Below, piece after piece: positions 47,527-55,874 of a stretch of DNA of 64,000 nt. A program made the position numbers and the translations under genes. The DNA lies in IMG/VR virus record IMGVR_UViG_3300035047_000196. One strand, 5' to 3'. The stretch's first letter is position 1, and each line of letters begins with the position of its first letter. The notes beneath the pieces are model-generated. The model was not told where the DNA came from and did no database searches. It saw only the letters and a program-made list of their open reading frames with translations. This DNA comes from a virus.

Positions 47527-48810
47527 ATGGTGAAAAGAAGGAAAAAACGCAGCAGCAAAAGAAGACAAAGAACGGTTGATGCACGTCAGGTTATTGATCA
47601 GGCGAAAAAGGCGGATACAGGATCTGGTCGATCTGACACATTCCAAGTTCCTGCAGGAACAGAAGTCTATGAATGGAAGGAAAAGGTAAATCGCCTGTCT
47701 GTCATTCCTTATGAAGTATCCAGAAAGGATCATCCGGAAAATATAGAGCCCGGCTCCTTGTGGTGGCGCACTATATTTTATGCGCATAGGGATGTAGGCG
47801 GATCTGGTCAATGGGCTGTGTGTCCTCGGAAGACGTTTGGTCTTCCCTGCCCCATTTGTCAAGAAGGACGAAAAGTAGCAGACGACCCTACTCAAGGAGA
47901 TGATGCAGAACGGGCATTCTGGCCTTCCAAACGCATTCTCATGAATGTTGTTGATGTGAGCAAGAAAGGGGATCCGGACAAGGTCTTACTCGCAGAGATT
48001 TCTTATCATGCTTTTGGTAAGACCATGACAGATGAATTATCAATGGCTGAAGATGAATCAGTCGGGGCTTTTTCATCACCGGATGGTGGTCATGTTCTCA
48101 AGGTGCGGATGGTCAAGGAAACCGGAGGTGAGTTCATTTATCTCAAAGCACAGCGAATTGACTTCGTTCCACGAGAGGATGTTCCTGATGAAATTCTGGA
48201 CCAAGCACATGACTTGGATGAATTGATCAGAGCAAAACTTCTTTCTTCCGAAGATCTGACCAGTCTGCTTTGGGGAGAAGCGGGGGATGAGCAAGAGGAA
48301 GACGATGAGCCCGCTGATCTCGAAGAAGACGAGGACGACGAGCCGGACGACGAGCCGGAAGAGGACGACGAAGAAGAGGATGACCTCTGGGAAGACAATG
48401 AAGAGGAGGAGCCGGAAGAAGAGGACGAGCCGGAAGAGGAGGATGACCTCTGGGAAGACGATGAAGAGGACGAGCCGGAAGAGGAGGACGAGCCGGAAGA
48501 GGAGGACGAGCCGGAAGAGGAGGACGAGCCGGAAGAGGAGGACGAGCCGGAAGAGGAGGACGACCTCTGGGAAGACGAAGAAGACGACGAGGACGAGGAC
48601 GAGGATGTAGCGACTCCTGGAAAGGGAGAAAAACTGTGCCCCGCCTGTGAAGGAACAGGCAAGAGCAGCAGAGGTAAAAAATGCATTCCCTGCAAAGGTA
48701 AGGGTGTTGTTAAGAAAACTGCCAAGAAAAGGGTAACAAAAAAGAAGAAGGCATCGACCAAGAAAAGGGCGACAAAAAAGAAGAAAGTATCAACTCGGCG
48801 ACGTAAATAG
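47527..48810 (+). CDS. gp32-like ssDNA-binding protein with acidic repeats, DnaJ-like Zn motif and basic tail
   Basis: VCP.KTFGLPCPICQ core; (EPEEED)x5; CPACEGTG..CIPCKGKG; probable start 47527. Confidence 0.7.
   Translation: MVKRRKKRSSKRRQRTVDARQVIDQAKKADTGSGRSDTFQVPAGTEVYEWKEKVNRLSVIPYEVSRKDHPENIEPGSLWWRTIFYAHRDVGGSGQWAVCPRKTFGLPCPICQEGRKVADDPTQGDDAERAFWPSKRILMNVVDVSKKGDPDKVLLAEISYHAFGKTMTDELSMAEDESVGAFSSPDGGHVLKVRMVKETGGEFIYLKAQRIDFVPREDVPDEILDQAHDLDELIRAKLLSSEDLTSLLWGEAGDEQEEDDEPADLEEDEDDEPDDEPEEDDEEEDDLWEDNEEEEPEEEDEPEEEDDLWEDDEEDEPEEEDEPEEEDEPEEEDEPEEEDEPEEEDDLWEDEEDDEDEDEDVATPGKGEKLCPACEGTGKSSRGKKCIPCKGKGVVKKTAKKRVTKKKKASTKKRATKKKKVSTRRRK
48472..48561 (+). repeat. Tandem repeat (GAGCCGGAAGAGGAGGAC)x5
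   Basis: Read directly; lies within a wider degenerate acidic tract at about 48290-48605. Confidence 0.9.
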
Positions 48811-48819
48811 ATAGGAATG

Positions 48820-48900
48820 AAGAAGAGGGGCATTCATTGACTCTCTCCTGAAGTGCCTATGATGGACATTTCAAAACCAAAATGAATGCCCCTTCTTCTT
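48820..48900 (+). other. About 80-nt rod-like hairpin between ssb and recA
   Basis: ggggcattcatt 48827-38 pairs with aatgaatgcccc 48881-92; extends to 19 bp with one bulge; inner helix also present. Confidence 0.7.
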
Positions 48901-48925
48901 TTCTCTTGTAAAGATTGGATGAAAA

Positions 48926-49975
48926 ATGGTCAAAGTGCGAAAGAAGAATAGAAGACCAATTGAAAACATGATCCCAACCGGATGTCGATTGTTAAATCTT
49001 GCTATATCCGATGACATCAATGGTGGATATCAAAGGGGTCGAATCGTGAATGCTATTGGAGATTCTCATGCAGGCAAAACGCTCATGGCACTAAACTGTT
49101 TGGCGAATCTTGCGAACGATTCTCGGTTCAAAGATTATGCATTGATCTACGATGATGTTGAAGGTGGATGCTTATTTGACATCCCCCATCTTTTTGGGGA
49201 AAGAGCCGCGTACAGAATCGAACCACCTCAGATCAAAGAAGGCGAGGCTGCATACAGCGACACTATTCAAGATTTTTTACAAGCTTTAGATTCTTTAGAA
49301 GGCCCCTACGTTTACATATTAGATTCTCTAGATGCTCTGACCACTACACAAGAACAGACAAAAGCAAAGAAGACAATCAAAGCAGCAAGGAAGGGTGAAA
49401 GTACATCTGGAGACTACGGACTTTCAAAACCTAAGATGTTGTCTCAAGTTCTTAGACTGTGCAAAAGAAAAATTCAGGACACAGATTCACTCATCATGAT
49501 TATCAGCCAGACTAGGGATGATATTTCGATGAGCTTCTCAAAGAAAACCCGGGCCGGTGGTCGAGCTCTTGAGTTCTATTCTTCGCACATATATTGGCTA
49601 GCACATGCTGGTCGTCTCTTGAAAACCGTTAAGGGAAAAAAGCACACCATAGGAAATGAGACAATCATAAACAGCACCAAAACTCGGATCACAGGCAAGG
49701 TTAGAAAAGTAACCATTCGATCCTACTACGACTATGGGGTGGACGATATCGAATCCTGCATTCTATGGTTGGTTGACAATGGTTTCTGGAAAAAGAAGAG
49801 TGGTGGGAAAATATCTTGGCCAGGAAGTAAGCAACCGGAGTCTATGCGAAGCATTGTAGAGAAAGTGGAGGCCAGTGATAAGTTGATGCAAGCGCTTTGG
49901 AAAGAAACTCAAAAAGCATGGGATGAAATAGAAGATGCTTTGAAACTGAAACGAACAAGGAGGTATTCACAATGA
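48926..49975 (+). CDS. recA: RecA/UvsX-like recombinase
   Basis: TGC..LNLAIS, GDSHAGKT, YDDVEG, ILDSLDAL, IISQTRD, GGRALEFYSS. Confidence 0.88.
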   Translation: MVKVRKKNRRPIENMIPTGCRLLNLAISDDINGGYQRGRIVNAIGDSHAGKTLMALNCLANLANDSRFKDYALIYDDVEGGCLFDIPHLFGERAAYRIEPPQIKEGEAAYSDTIQDFLQALDSLEGPYVYILDSLDALTTTQEQTKAKKTIKAARKGESTSGDYGLSKPKMLSQVLRLCKRKIQDTDSLIMIISQTRDDISMSFSKKTRAGGRALEFYSSHIYWLAHAGRLLKTVKGKKHTIGNETIINSTKTRITGKVRKVTIRSYYDYGVDDIESCILWLVDNGFWKKKSGGKISWPGSKQPESMRSIVEKVEASDKLMQALWKETQKAWDEIEDALKLKRTRRYSQ

Positions 49976-50205
49976 ACGGCAAAAGAGTTAAGTGGCTGAA
50001 AAGAGCTTTGAGATTCAATTTCAGAATGCATTATGGAACGGAGAACATAAGCCCGAAAGCATGGCGTAGAATGAAGAAATGGTTTGCCAGATTGTCAAGA
50101 CCAGAAAAAGAACGATTCATCAAGAATCAAAACGAATTGATGTCCATAGAAGATAAGTTTGGAATGGATGATGCTCGTCACATGGCAGAAAGTACTCAGG
50201 AATGA
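49972..50205 (+). CDS. Hypothetical basic protein
   Basis: 77 aa, ATGA-coupled on both sides. Confidence 0.65.
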   Translation: MNGKRVKWLKRALRFNFRMHYGTENISPKAWRRMKKWFARLSRPEKERFIKNQNELMSIEDKFGMDDARHMAESTQE

Positions 50206-51095
50206 TTCTTTTGATAGACAGTCAATTCATCTGTTACCAAGCACACTTTGCCTTGGACAGATTAACAAATGGTTCAGGAGAAGAAACGGAGGTAATCTTC
50301 GGTTTCCTTTCCAGGATCAATTACCTGGCTCATCTATTCAAAACTAATGAAATTGTTTTTTGTTGGGATAGTAAGCATTCGTTGAGGAGAAAAGTTCGAC
50401 CTGAGTACAAAAAACAAAGACGGGACTCAAAGGATTACAAGAAATTGATTCCGGTCTTTCGACAGATGGAAAGTCTGCGAACAGATATATTGCCCTCAAT
50501 GGGATTCGCCAACATCTTCCATCACAAAGGACTTGAAGCAGACGATCTTATGGCTCATGTTTGTAGAAGTACCATTGATCAAATTGTTATGGTTACGGCA
50601 GATAATGATATGTTCCAATGTCTGGCTTCTAACATTTCGATGTACAATCCTAGTTCGAAGAAAAAAAGCAAAACAATAACTAGAGAAGACTTTTGCAAAT
50701 CCTATGGAATAACACCGAGTATGTGGTGGAAGGTTAAAGCCATTGCTGGTTGCAAGAGTGACAACGTACAGGGTGTCAGGGGTGTGGCTGAAAAGACAGC
50801 CATTAAGTACTTGTTAGGGAAGACTACTCCAACACAAACTAGAAAAATACGCTCTCATAAAAAATTGATTCTTGAAAACGTCAAACTTGTCAAGCTGCCA
50901 TTTGATGAACCTGTTGATCTGCAATTAAAGCAAGATGGGTTGATGTGGGAAAAGTTTGCTGTGGTTTTTGAAGAACTTGGATTTGAATCCTTTTTGAATG
51001 ATGAGACAAAATGGAGGCAATTCGCATCCGGTAGATTTGAAGGAGAACGCAGAGAGATTCAAGTTCGGGTTAATAGGAGAAAGAGAAAAGGATGA
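50202..51095 (+). CDS. 5'-3' exonuclease / flap endonuclease (T4 RNase H-like)
   Basis: LLIDS, YK.QR, LEADDL, TADND, GCKSDNVQGV.GVAEKTA. Confidence 0.88.
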   Translation: MILLIDSQFICYQAHFALDRLTNGSGEETEVIFGFLSRINYLAHLFKTNEIVFCWDSKHSLRRKVRPEYKKQRRDSKDYKKLIPVFRQMESLRTDILPSMGFANIFHHKGLEADDLMAHVCRSTIDQIVMVTADNDMFQCLASNISMYNPSSKKKSKTITREDFCKSYGITPSMWWKVKAIAGCKSDNVQGVRGVAEKTAIKYLLGKTTPTQTRKIRSHKKLILENVKLVKLPFDEPVDLQLKQDGLMWEKFAVVFEELGFESFLNDETKWRQFASGRFEGERREIQVRVNRRKRKG

Positions 51096-51562
51096 GGGTA
51101 AAAAGAAAAATCAAGGACCTTGTTGCCGGAGTAGATCCGGGCAAATCCGGCGCCGTAGCGTTTTTGCGAGTTGATGGATCCATAGAAACCATTGTCCGCA
51201 TGGATGATACTGAACAGGACATTGCTGATCAAATAAGAAGATTGGGAAGGAGAACTGTTTTCTGCCTTTGTGAGAAGGTTGCATCACGACCTGGTCAAGG
51301 AGTCCATAGTGTTTTCACCTTTGGATATTGGTATGGATTCATCTGCGGAATTTTTGCAGCGAACAGGGTTCGAAGAGAGACTCGAACACCTAAGCAATGG
51401 CAGACCGAAATGAAATGCAAAAGTGGGGGTGATAAAAATGTGACGAAGCAAGCAGCCCAGGAGCTCTTTCCTGATATGAAGATCATTCATAGAAATGCAG
51501 ATGCTTTGCTTATTGCTGAATTAGCTCGTAGGATCGCATTGAAAAGAAAATGGATTTCTTGA
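51092..51562 (+). CDS. RuvC-like Holliday junction resolvase
   Basis: GVDPGKSG, CEKV, FTFG..YG, ADALLIA. Confidence 0.8.
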   Translation: MRVKRKIKDLVAGVDPGKSGAVAFLRVDGSIETIVRMDDTEQDIADQIRRLGRRTVFCLCEKVASRPGQGVHSVFTFGYWYGFICGIFAANRVRRETRTPKQWQTEMKCKSGGDKNVTKQAAQELFPDMKIIHRNADALLIAELARRIALKRKWIS

Positions 51563-51582
51563 AAGTTTTAATCTGTTCGTTA

Positions 51583-51593
51583 GTATAATATAG
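51583..51593 (+). promoter_or_regulatory. Candidate -10 box GTATAATATAG
   Basis: Identical to the boxes at 38582 and 46972; intergenic. Confidence 0.55.
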
Positions 51594-51609
51594 GTGAAAG
51601 GACGAAGCG

Positions 51610-51792
51610 GTGAAATCAAAGTATTTCAGAGAGGTTCGTTTGCGAGATGGAGAATCCAAAATGCTGGAACTCACCACAAAGGCAATCAAAGAAGAGGACA
51701 TCCCGGAGCTAATCAAGGATCTTGTAGAAAGGCTCCGACTCAAAAACTGCAAAGGAGAAGGAGAGAGAAAATGCAGAAGCAATCATTCGTAA
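51610..51792 (+). CDS. Small hypothetical protein
   Basis: 60-aa ORF after the candidate promoter. Confidence 0.5.
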   Translation: MKSKYFREVRLRDGESKMLELTTKAIKEEDIPELIKDLVERLRLKNCKGEGERKCRSNHS

Positions 51793-52142
51793 TACACGCA
51801 GCTCGGGCTCTTGGTAAGGTCGCTGATTTCTTTGGCTTTCAAAGGAAGGCCGGAGGGAATGTACAACTGCGCAAGAAGAAGTCAAAACAGGATCGCCTGA
51901 CTTATATCCCATCCGGAGGCCCCCGCCGAGAAAATACCGATGCCACAAAGAAGGGAAATGCCAAAGGGGCGTTCGGTTCTGGCCCTTCTCTCTGCTGTGC
52001 AGGCCCCCGGATAGAGCTGAAAACGAAGCCGGGCGAATGTGAATGTGGGAATCGGTTCCGCACCATGAAGAAAAACAAGTCTGCAAACTTGCGTAGAATA
52101 GCTTGCCGAGTGTGCGGACTCAGAAAGGACGTGGCGTTATGA
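51771..52142 (+). CDS. Basic protein with C-terminal Zn finger
   Basis: CECG..CRVCG; probable start 51771. Confidence 0.55.
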   Translation: MQKQSFVIHAARALGKVADFFGFQRKAGGNVQLRKKKSKQDRLTYIPSGGPRRENTDATKKGNAKGAFGSGPSLCCAGPRIELKTKPGECECGNRFRTMKKNKSANLRRIACRVCGLRKDVAL

Positions 52143-52438
52143 ACAAATGTCTCCAAATCGGGTTCGCTATTGGATATATCTTATTGGGTGTGGCTCTTTG
52201 TTTGGCAGCAGTCACCTTATATGTGTTGCTAGTAATAGACCCACAACCACAAGCCGTCGTGGGTAAAACGAATGTAGTTATTGGCACAGCATACTCCGAA
52301 GAGGAGCGGCCGGAGGACGTAGTGGAAGTACGCCATGTTCGTGACAGTGCCGGGAACTATCAGGGAGCCATCCTTATTCGGCGGGACGGCCTTCTGAAAC
52401 GGGTATACGCGAGTGAAAAAGGAGATCGCTGTGAGTAA
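52139..52438 (+). CDS. Membrane-anchored protein
   Basis: N-terminal hydrophobic helix; probable start 52139. Confidence 0.6.
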   Translation: MNKCLQIGFAIGYILLGVALCLAAVTLYVLLVIDPQPQAVVGKTNVVIGTAYSEEERPEDVVEVRHVRDSAGNYQGAILIRRDGLLKRVYASEKGDRCE

Positions 52439-52658
52439 AAAGCCGCAGATCATTGACCTGGACGGTTACATCATTCAGGATGCTATGGGAAGACTTCTAA
52501 CAGCACTTCCTACATTCACGAACGGGCAGACGGTCCCTGTGGTCACACCCAAAGCCAAGGACCAGGTACTGAATGCTCTGAATAGCGACGACCGCCGGAA
52601 AGAGCGCGGACCCTATTATGCTATCCCAGTGAAAGTCATAGATGGAGATTGCTCATGA
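52413..52658 (+). CDS. Hypothetical protein
   Basis: 81-aa ORF coupled to neighbours. Confidence 0.55.
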   Translation: MKKEIAVSKKPQIIDLDGYIIQDAMGRLLTALPTFTNGQTVPVVTPKAKDQVLNALNSDDRRKERGPYYAIPVKVIDGDCS

Positions 52659-52939
52659 AAGGCCCTTCAATATACCCGCATTATCCAAGCGAAGGGTCTC
52701 CTCCTGATATGCCGAGGTACAAACTGTGCTTACCGGAAGAGTATGACTGTCCATGCATCTCCCTTGTAGATCATTTGGGGAATTTCATATGTTGGTTTCA
52801 AAAAGGAAGCCACTATCAACCGGGTGTCTACAAAGAACTTGCTAATAGAGGATTTGACACTAATTGGGCTGTCTGGAGTGACAATGGGAAGTTCGTTTGT
52901 AAACGGAAGAGTAGTAAAAAGGAAGGAGAAAAAAGATGA
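52649..52939 (+). CDS. Hypothetical protein
   Basis: 96-aa ORF coupled to neighbours. Confidence 0.55.
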   Translation: MLMKGPSIYPHYPSEGSPPDMPRYKLCLPEEYDCPCISLVDHLGNFICWFQKGSHYQPGVYKELANRGFDTNWAVWSDNGKFVCKRKSSKKEGEKR

Positions 52940-53095
52940 AAGTTGCAGAACTCAGAGAAAAAGCCATCGAGGAAATGAACACTGCTGAAAAACGCAGGGT
53001 CATCGAAGAGTTGAAGCGCATCGAGAGGGAGTTATACGCAGCCCGCAAGGTCGTGAAGACTCTCGAAAAGAACAGGGCCGAATTCTTGGAGCAGG

Positions 53096-53611
53096 ATGTT
53101 AATAAATTGCTCTAATAAAGCAACCGTTCAAATCGGTGATTTGGTGGTGGAGGTTTTGGAGGCTCAAATTGAGCCTCTGCCCACCACCTCGCTTGTCAAG
53201 TATAATGATGGAAGTATTCCAATCCAAATTCTGGAACCGCCGGAGAACGAGGCTTATTTTAGTATTCATCTCACAGATCCAACAGATGTACCGACCGGTA
53301 GATTTCCAGAAGTGGCCATACTATCTTGGGCCGAGGGGGATGTAGAGATTGTTCTCTTTCTAAAGTCAATAGTATTATCAGAAGGGCCTTTTGGTTTCAT
53401 TGTGGAATGTGTTGGACCTATCAAAGAGGTGCGGCCGAAGAAGAATATAGGGCCAATCACTTTACTCTCTATCTTGCGGCAGATCCAAAAAGTGATAGGC
53501 TCTAACTACACTGAAGAAGAGTTGCAAGCACTGATGAAGCAAGCCTATGAAAAACTAGGGATTGAATACTGGGAGTTTGGAAAAGCAAGGCCACATAATC
53601 ATGAAGATTAA
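53096..53611 (+). CDS. Hypothetical protein
   Basis: 171-aa ORF before sbcC-N. Confidence 0.55.
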   Translation: MLINCSNKATVQIGDLVVEVLEAQIEPLPTTSLVKYNDGSIPIQILEPPENEAYFSIHLTDPTDVPTGRFPEVAILSWAEGDVEIVLFLKSIVLSEGPFGFIVECVGPIKEVRPKKNIGPITLLSILRQIQKVIGSNYTEEELQALMKQAYEKLGIEYWEFGKARPHNHED

Positions 53612-54545
53612 ATCCATACGCATACAGAACTTCCAGAGCCATAAGGATACGTCTCTGCATCTCCATCAGGGAGTGAATGTGATCACCGGCCAGACGGATA
53701 GTGGTAAGTCTGCTATTATGCGGGCATTGAGGTGGGTGGCTTTCAATCGTCCTATGGGAAATGAATTTCGATCCTGGTGGGCAAGAGAGCGTGGCGGTGA
53801 GACAAAAGTTGAGATTGAATTAGAAGATGGGTCTATTGTTAGGAGAATTCGAACAACATCAAAGAACCAGTATGAATTGGTAGAACAGGATGGAAAAGAA
53901 TTCGTATTTGAATCCTTTGGGACATCCGTACCAGAAGAGATTCAGGAGGTGCTCGGTATTGGAGACCTCAACTGGCAGAATCAACATGATGCTCCTTTCC
54001 TTCTATCTTCTGCCACTTCTTCTGGTGAAGTTGCCCGCAGGTTGAATGAAGTTTCTGATCTTAAATCTATCGACTCGACCATTTCTTATGCCGCATCAAA
54101 AATTCGGGAACACAAAGCGAAGTCTCTGCAGGCACAGGAAAGAGTTACTTCGATACAAGACAAGCTTGACAACATGCCGGATCAAAAACGAATGAAAGAT
54201 TTGATGGAAGTTGTATCCGATATTTTGAAGAAGCTCATTAGTTTGCAAAAAGCCGCCTCACGTTTGAAAAGAACTATTTCAGATTACGAAGATAGCAAGG
54301 ATCGATTGAAAAAAGCCAAGAGCAAAGCGTCTGAAGAGTTAGACCCTTTGTTTTCCGAGGTTGATCAACTGTTGATTACCTTGAAAAGCAAGAAGAACAG
54401 GCAGGACGGCCTTCAAAAACTTCTCGACGGATATATGGCAATCTTCCAGAATCTAAAAAAGACCGCCAAGGAAGCCAAAGAAATCCAAAAAGAATTCGAA
54501 GAAGCATTTCCGAATACATGCCCGCTTTGTGGAAAGAAGGTCTGA
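53601..54545 (+). CDS. sbcC: SbcC/Rad50 N-terminal half (Walker A, coiled coil, Zn hook)
   Basis: IRIQNFQSH, GQTDSGKSA, QNQHD, ends CPLCGKKV; probable start 53601. Confidence 0.85.
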   Translation: MKIKSIRIQNFQSHKDTSLHLHQGVNVITGQTDSGKSAIMRALRWVAFNRPMGNEFRSWWARERGGETKVEIELEDGSIVRRIRTTSKNQYELVEQDGKEFVFESFGTSVPEEIQEVLGIGDLNWQNQHDAPFLLSSATSSGEVARRLNEVSDLKSIDSTISYAASKIREHKAKSLQAQERVTSIQDKLDNMPDQKRMKDLMEVVSDILKKLISLQKAASRLKRTISDYEDSKDRLKKAKSKASEELDPLFSEVDQLLITLKSKKNRQDGLQKLLDGYMAIFQNLKKTAKEAKEIQKEFEEAFPNTCPLCGKKV

Positions 54546-55429
54546 TGAACAAACACCCCATAGCTATCGCAACAGCAGACTGGCACCTACGTCCGGACAA
54601 GCCAAGATGTCGAATAGATAAGGACTGGCTCAAAACGCAAGAAGATAAGTTAGATGCTATACTCAAACTTCATCAAGAATTAGACGTACCTATATTGAAT
54701 GCCGGCGACCTCTTACATAGGCATGAAGTTCCACATTGGTTTGAAACATGGGTATATGAAAGACTGGTAGGAGCACGCATGTTTTTCACACCAGGTCAAC
54801 ACGACCTCCCTAAGAACAATTTGGATCTATTCGATCAATCAGCCACTCACCATATCTTAACAACTTTGAATCTTCTACACGACCTAGACTCGTCTGAATT
54901 TGAAGTCACTTGTTTTCCATACGGAGCTGAACTCAAGCCAGCGGAATCATTAGATGGAGTTCATATCGCTTTAGTCCATACCTTAGTCTACAACAAGAAG
55001 CCATTTCCAGGAGCACCAACAGATGGCAACATATCGATAATACAAAAGAAACTCCGTGGATTTGATTTTGCTGTTTGCGGAGATAACCATGTCCCTTTAG
55101 TTGTTGAAGGTTCTGAAGATAAACCAGTTATTGTTAATCCTGGGCCTTTAACTCGACAATCTGCAGACAATAGTTTCCGTCCAAGAGTATATGTTTTGTA
55201 TTCAGACTTTTCTGTCAAAGCCATCCCTCTACCGGCGAAGAAAACAAATGTTTCTCGGAAGCACATAGAGAAGGAGAAGGAACGTAAAAAACGAACAAAT
55301 GTTTTTGTCGAAGGACTAGCAGAGGACATTGATGCTGATATAGACTTCTTGAAAAATCTAGGGCGATACGTAAAGAAGAAGAAGGCGAAAAAATCAATTC
55401 GAAAAAAGGTATTTGAAGCTGCAGGTTAA
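54545..55429 (+). CDS. sbcD: SbcD/Mre11 nuclease
   Basis: TADWHL, AGDLLH, PGQHD, GDNH, NPG. Confidence 0.85.
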   Translation: MNKHPIAIATADWHLRPDKPRCRIDKDWLKTQEDKLDAILKLHQELDVPILNAGDLLHRHEVPHWFETWVYERLVGARMFFTPGQHDLPKNNLDLFDQSATHHILTTLNLLHDLDSSEFEVTCFPYGAELKPAESLDGVHIALVHTLVYNKKPFPGAPTDGNISIIQKKLRGFDFAVCGDNHVPLVVEGSEDKPVIVNPGPLTRQSADNSFRPRVYVLYSDFSVKAIPLPAKKTNVSRKHIEKEKERKKRTNVFVEGLAEDIDADIDFLKNLGRYVKKKKAKKSIRKKVFEAAG

Positions 55430-55584
55430 TTCCACTGATCAGCATGAATAAACCCATGAAACAGAAAACAAACAGAGAAAGAAATGGTCTCTGTGTGTTC
55501 CGTACGAGATCAAATCCGAAATGAGTGTTTGGTATTGTGGCACTCTCAGGAGAGAAATCCTGCGGTATGCTGATCAGTGGAATT
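55428..55584. repeat. Perfect 18-bp inverted repeat enclosing 121 nt with internal hairpins
   Basis: aattccactgatcagcat (55428-45) / atgctgatcagtggaatt (55567-84). Confidence 0.9.
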
Positions 55585-55601
55585 CAAAAAGGAGAAAATA
55601 A

Positions 55602-55874
55602 ATGGTGAAGGTAAAGAAAAAGCAAATGGTTTCTGACGTTGCTGAAGAATTACTTCGTTTGAAAGAAGAGCATGAAGAACGGCAACGGCAAATAGAAAGA
55701 CTCAATGGAAGGCTTGACGAACTTAAAACAAGGTTCAAAGAATTTGGGACTACAGCAAACAAGGCTAAGTCTACTCTGAAAAAGATGCATTCAGAAATCC
55801 AAAGAGTTGAAGATGAACTTCATAGTAAAATAATAGAGCTTCAAAATTTGATGGAGAATGGTGAAGATGAATGA
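55602..55874 (+). CDS. Coiled-coil protein (probable middle piece of split SbcC)
   Basis: 90 aa heptad pattern between sbcD and sbcC-C. Confidence 0.6.
   Translation: MVKVKKKQMVSDVAEELLRLKEEHEERQRQIERLNGRLDELKTRFKEFGTTANKAKSTLKKMHSEIQRVEDELHSKIIELQNLMENGEDE

Noticed and set aside
38860-48610. Tandem repeats as CRISPR arrays
   Set aside because: The repeats are contiguous, in-frame multiples of 3 inside coding sequence, with no unique spacers and no cas genes
38430-48833. Long antisense ORFs such as 38430..39275, 38825..39289 and 48138..48833
   Set aside because: They are shadows of low-complexity plus-strand genes (poly-Ser, Leu-Gly-Arg repeats) with no RBS
25646-54548. Other CTGATGA words (near 25646, 31479, 44701, 48185, 54542) as hammerhead cores
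   Set aside because: They lie within coding sequence or gene overlaps, and I saw no flanking stems or matching GAAA
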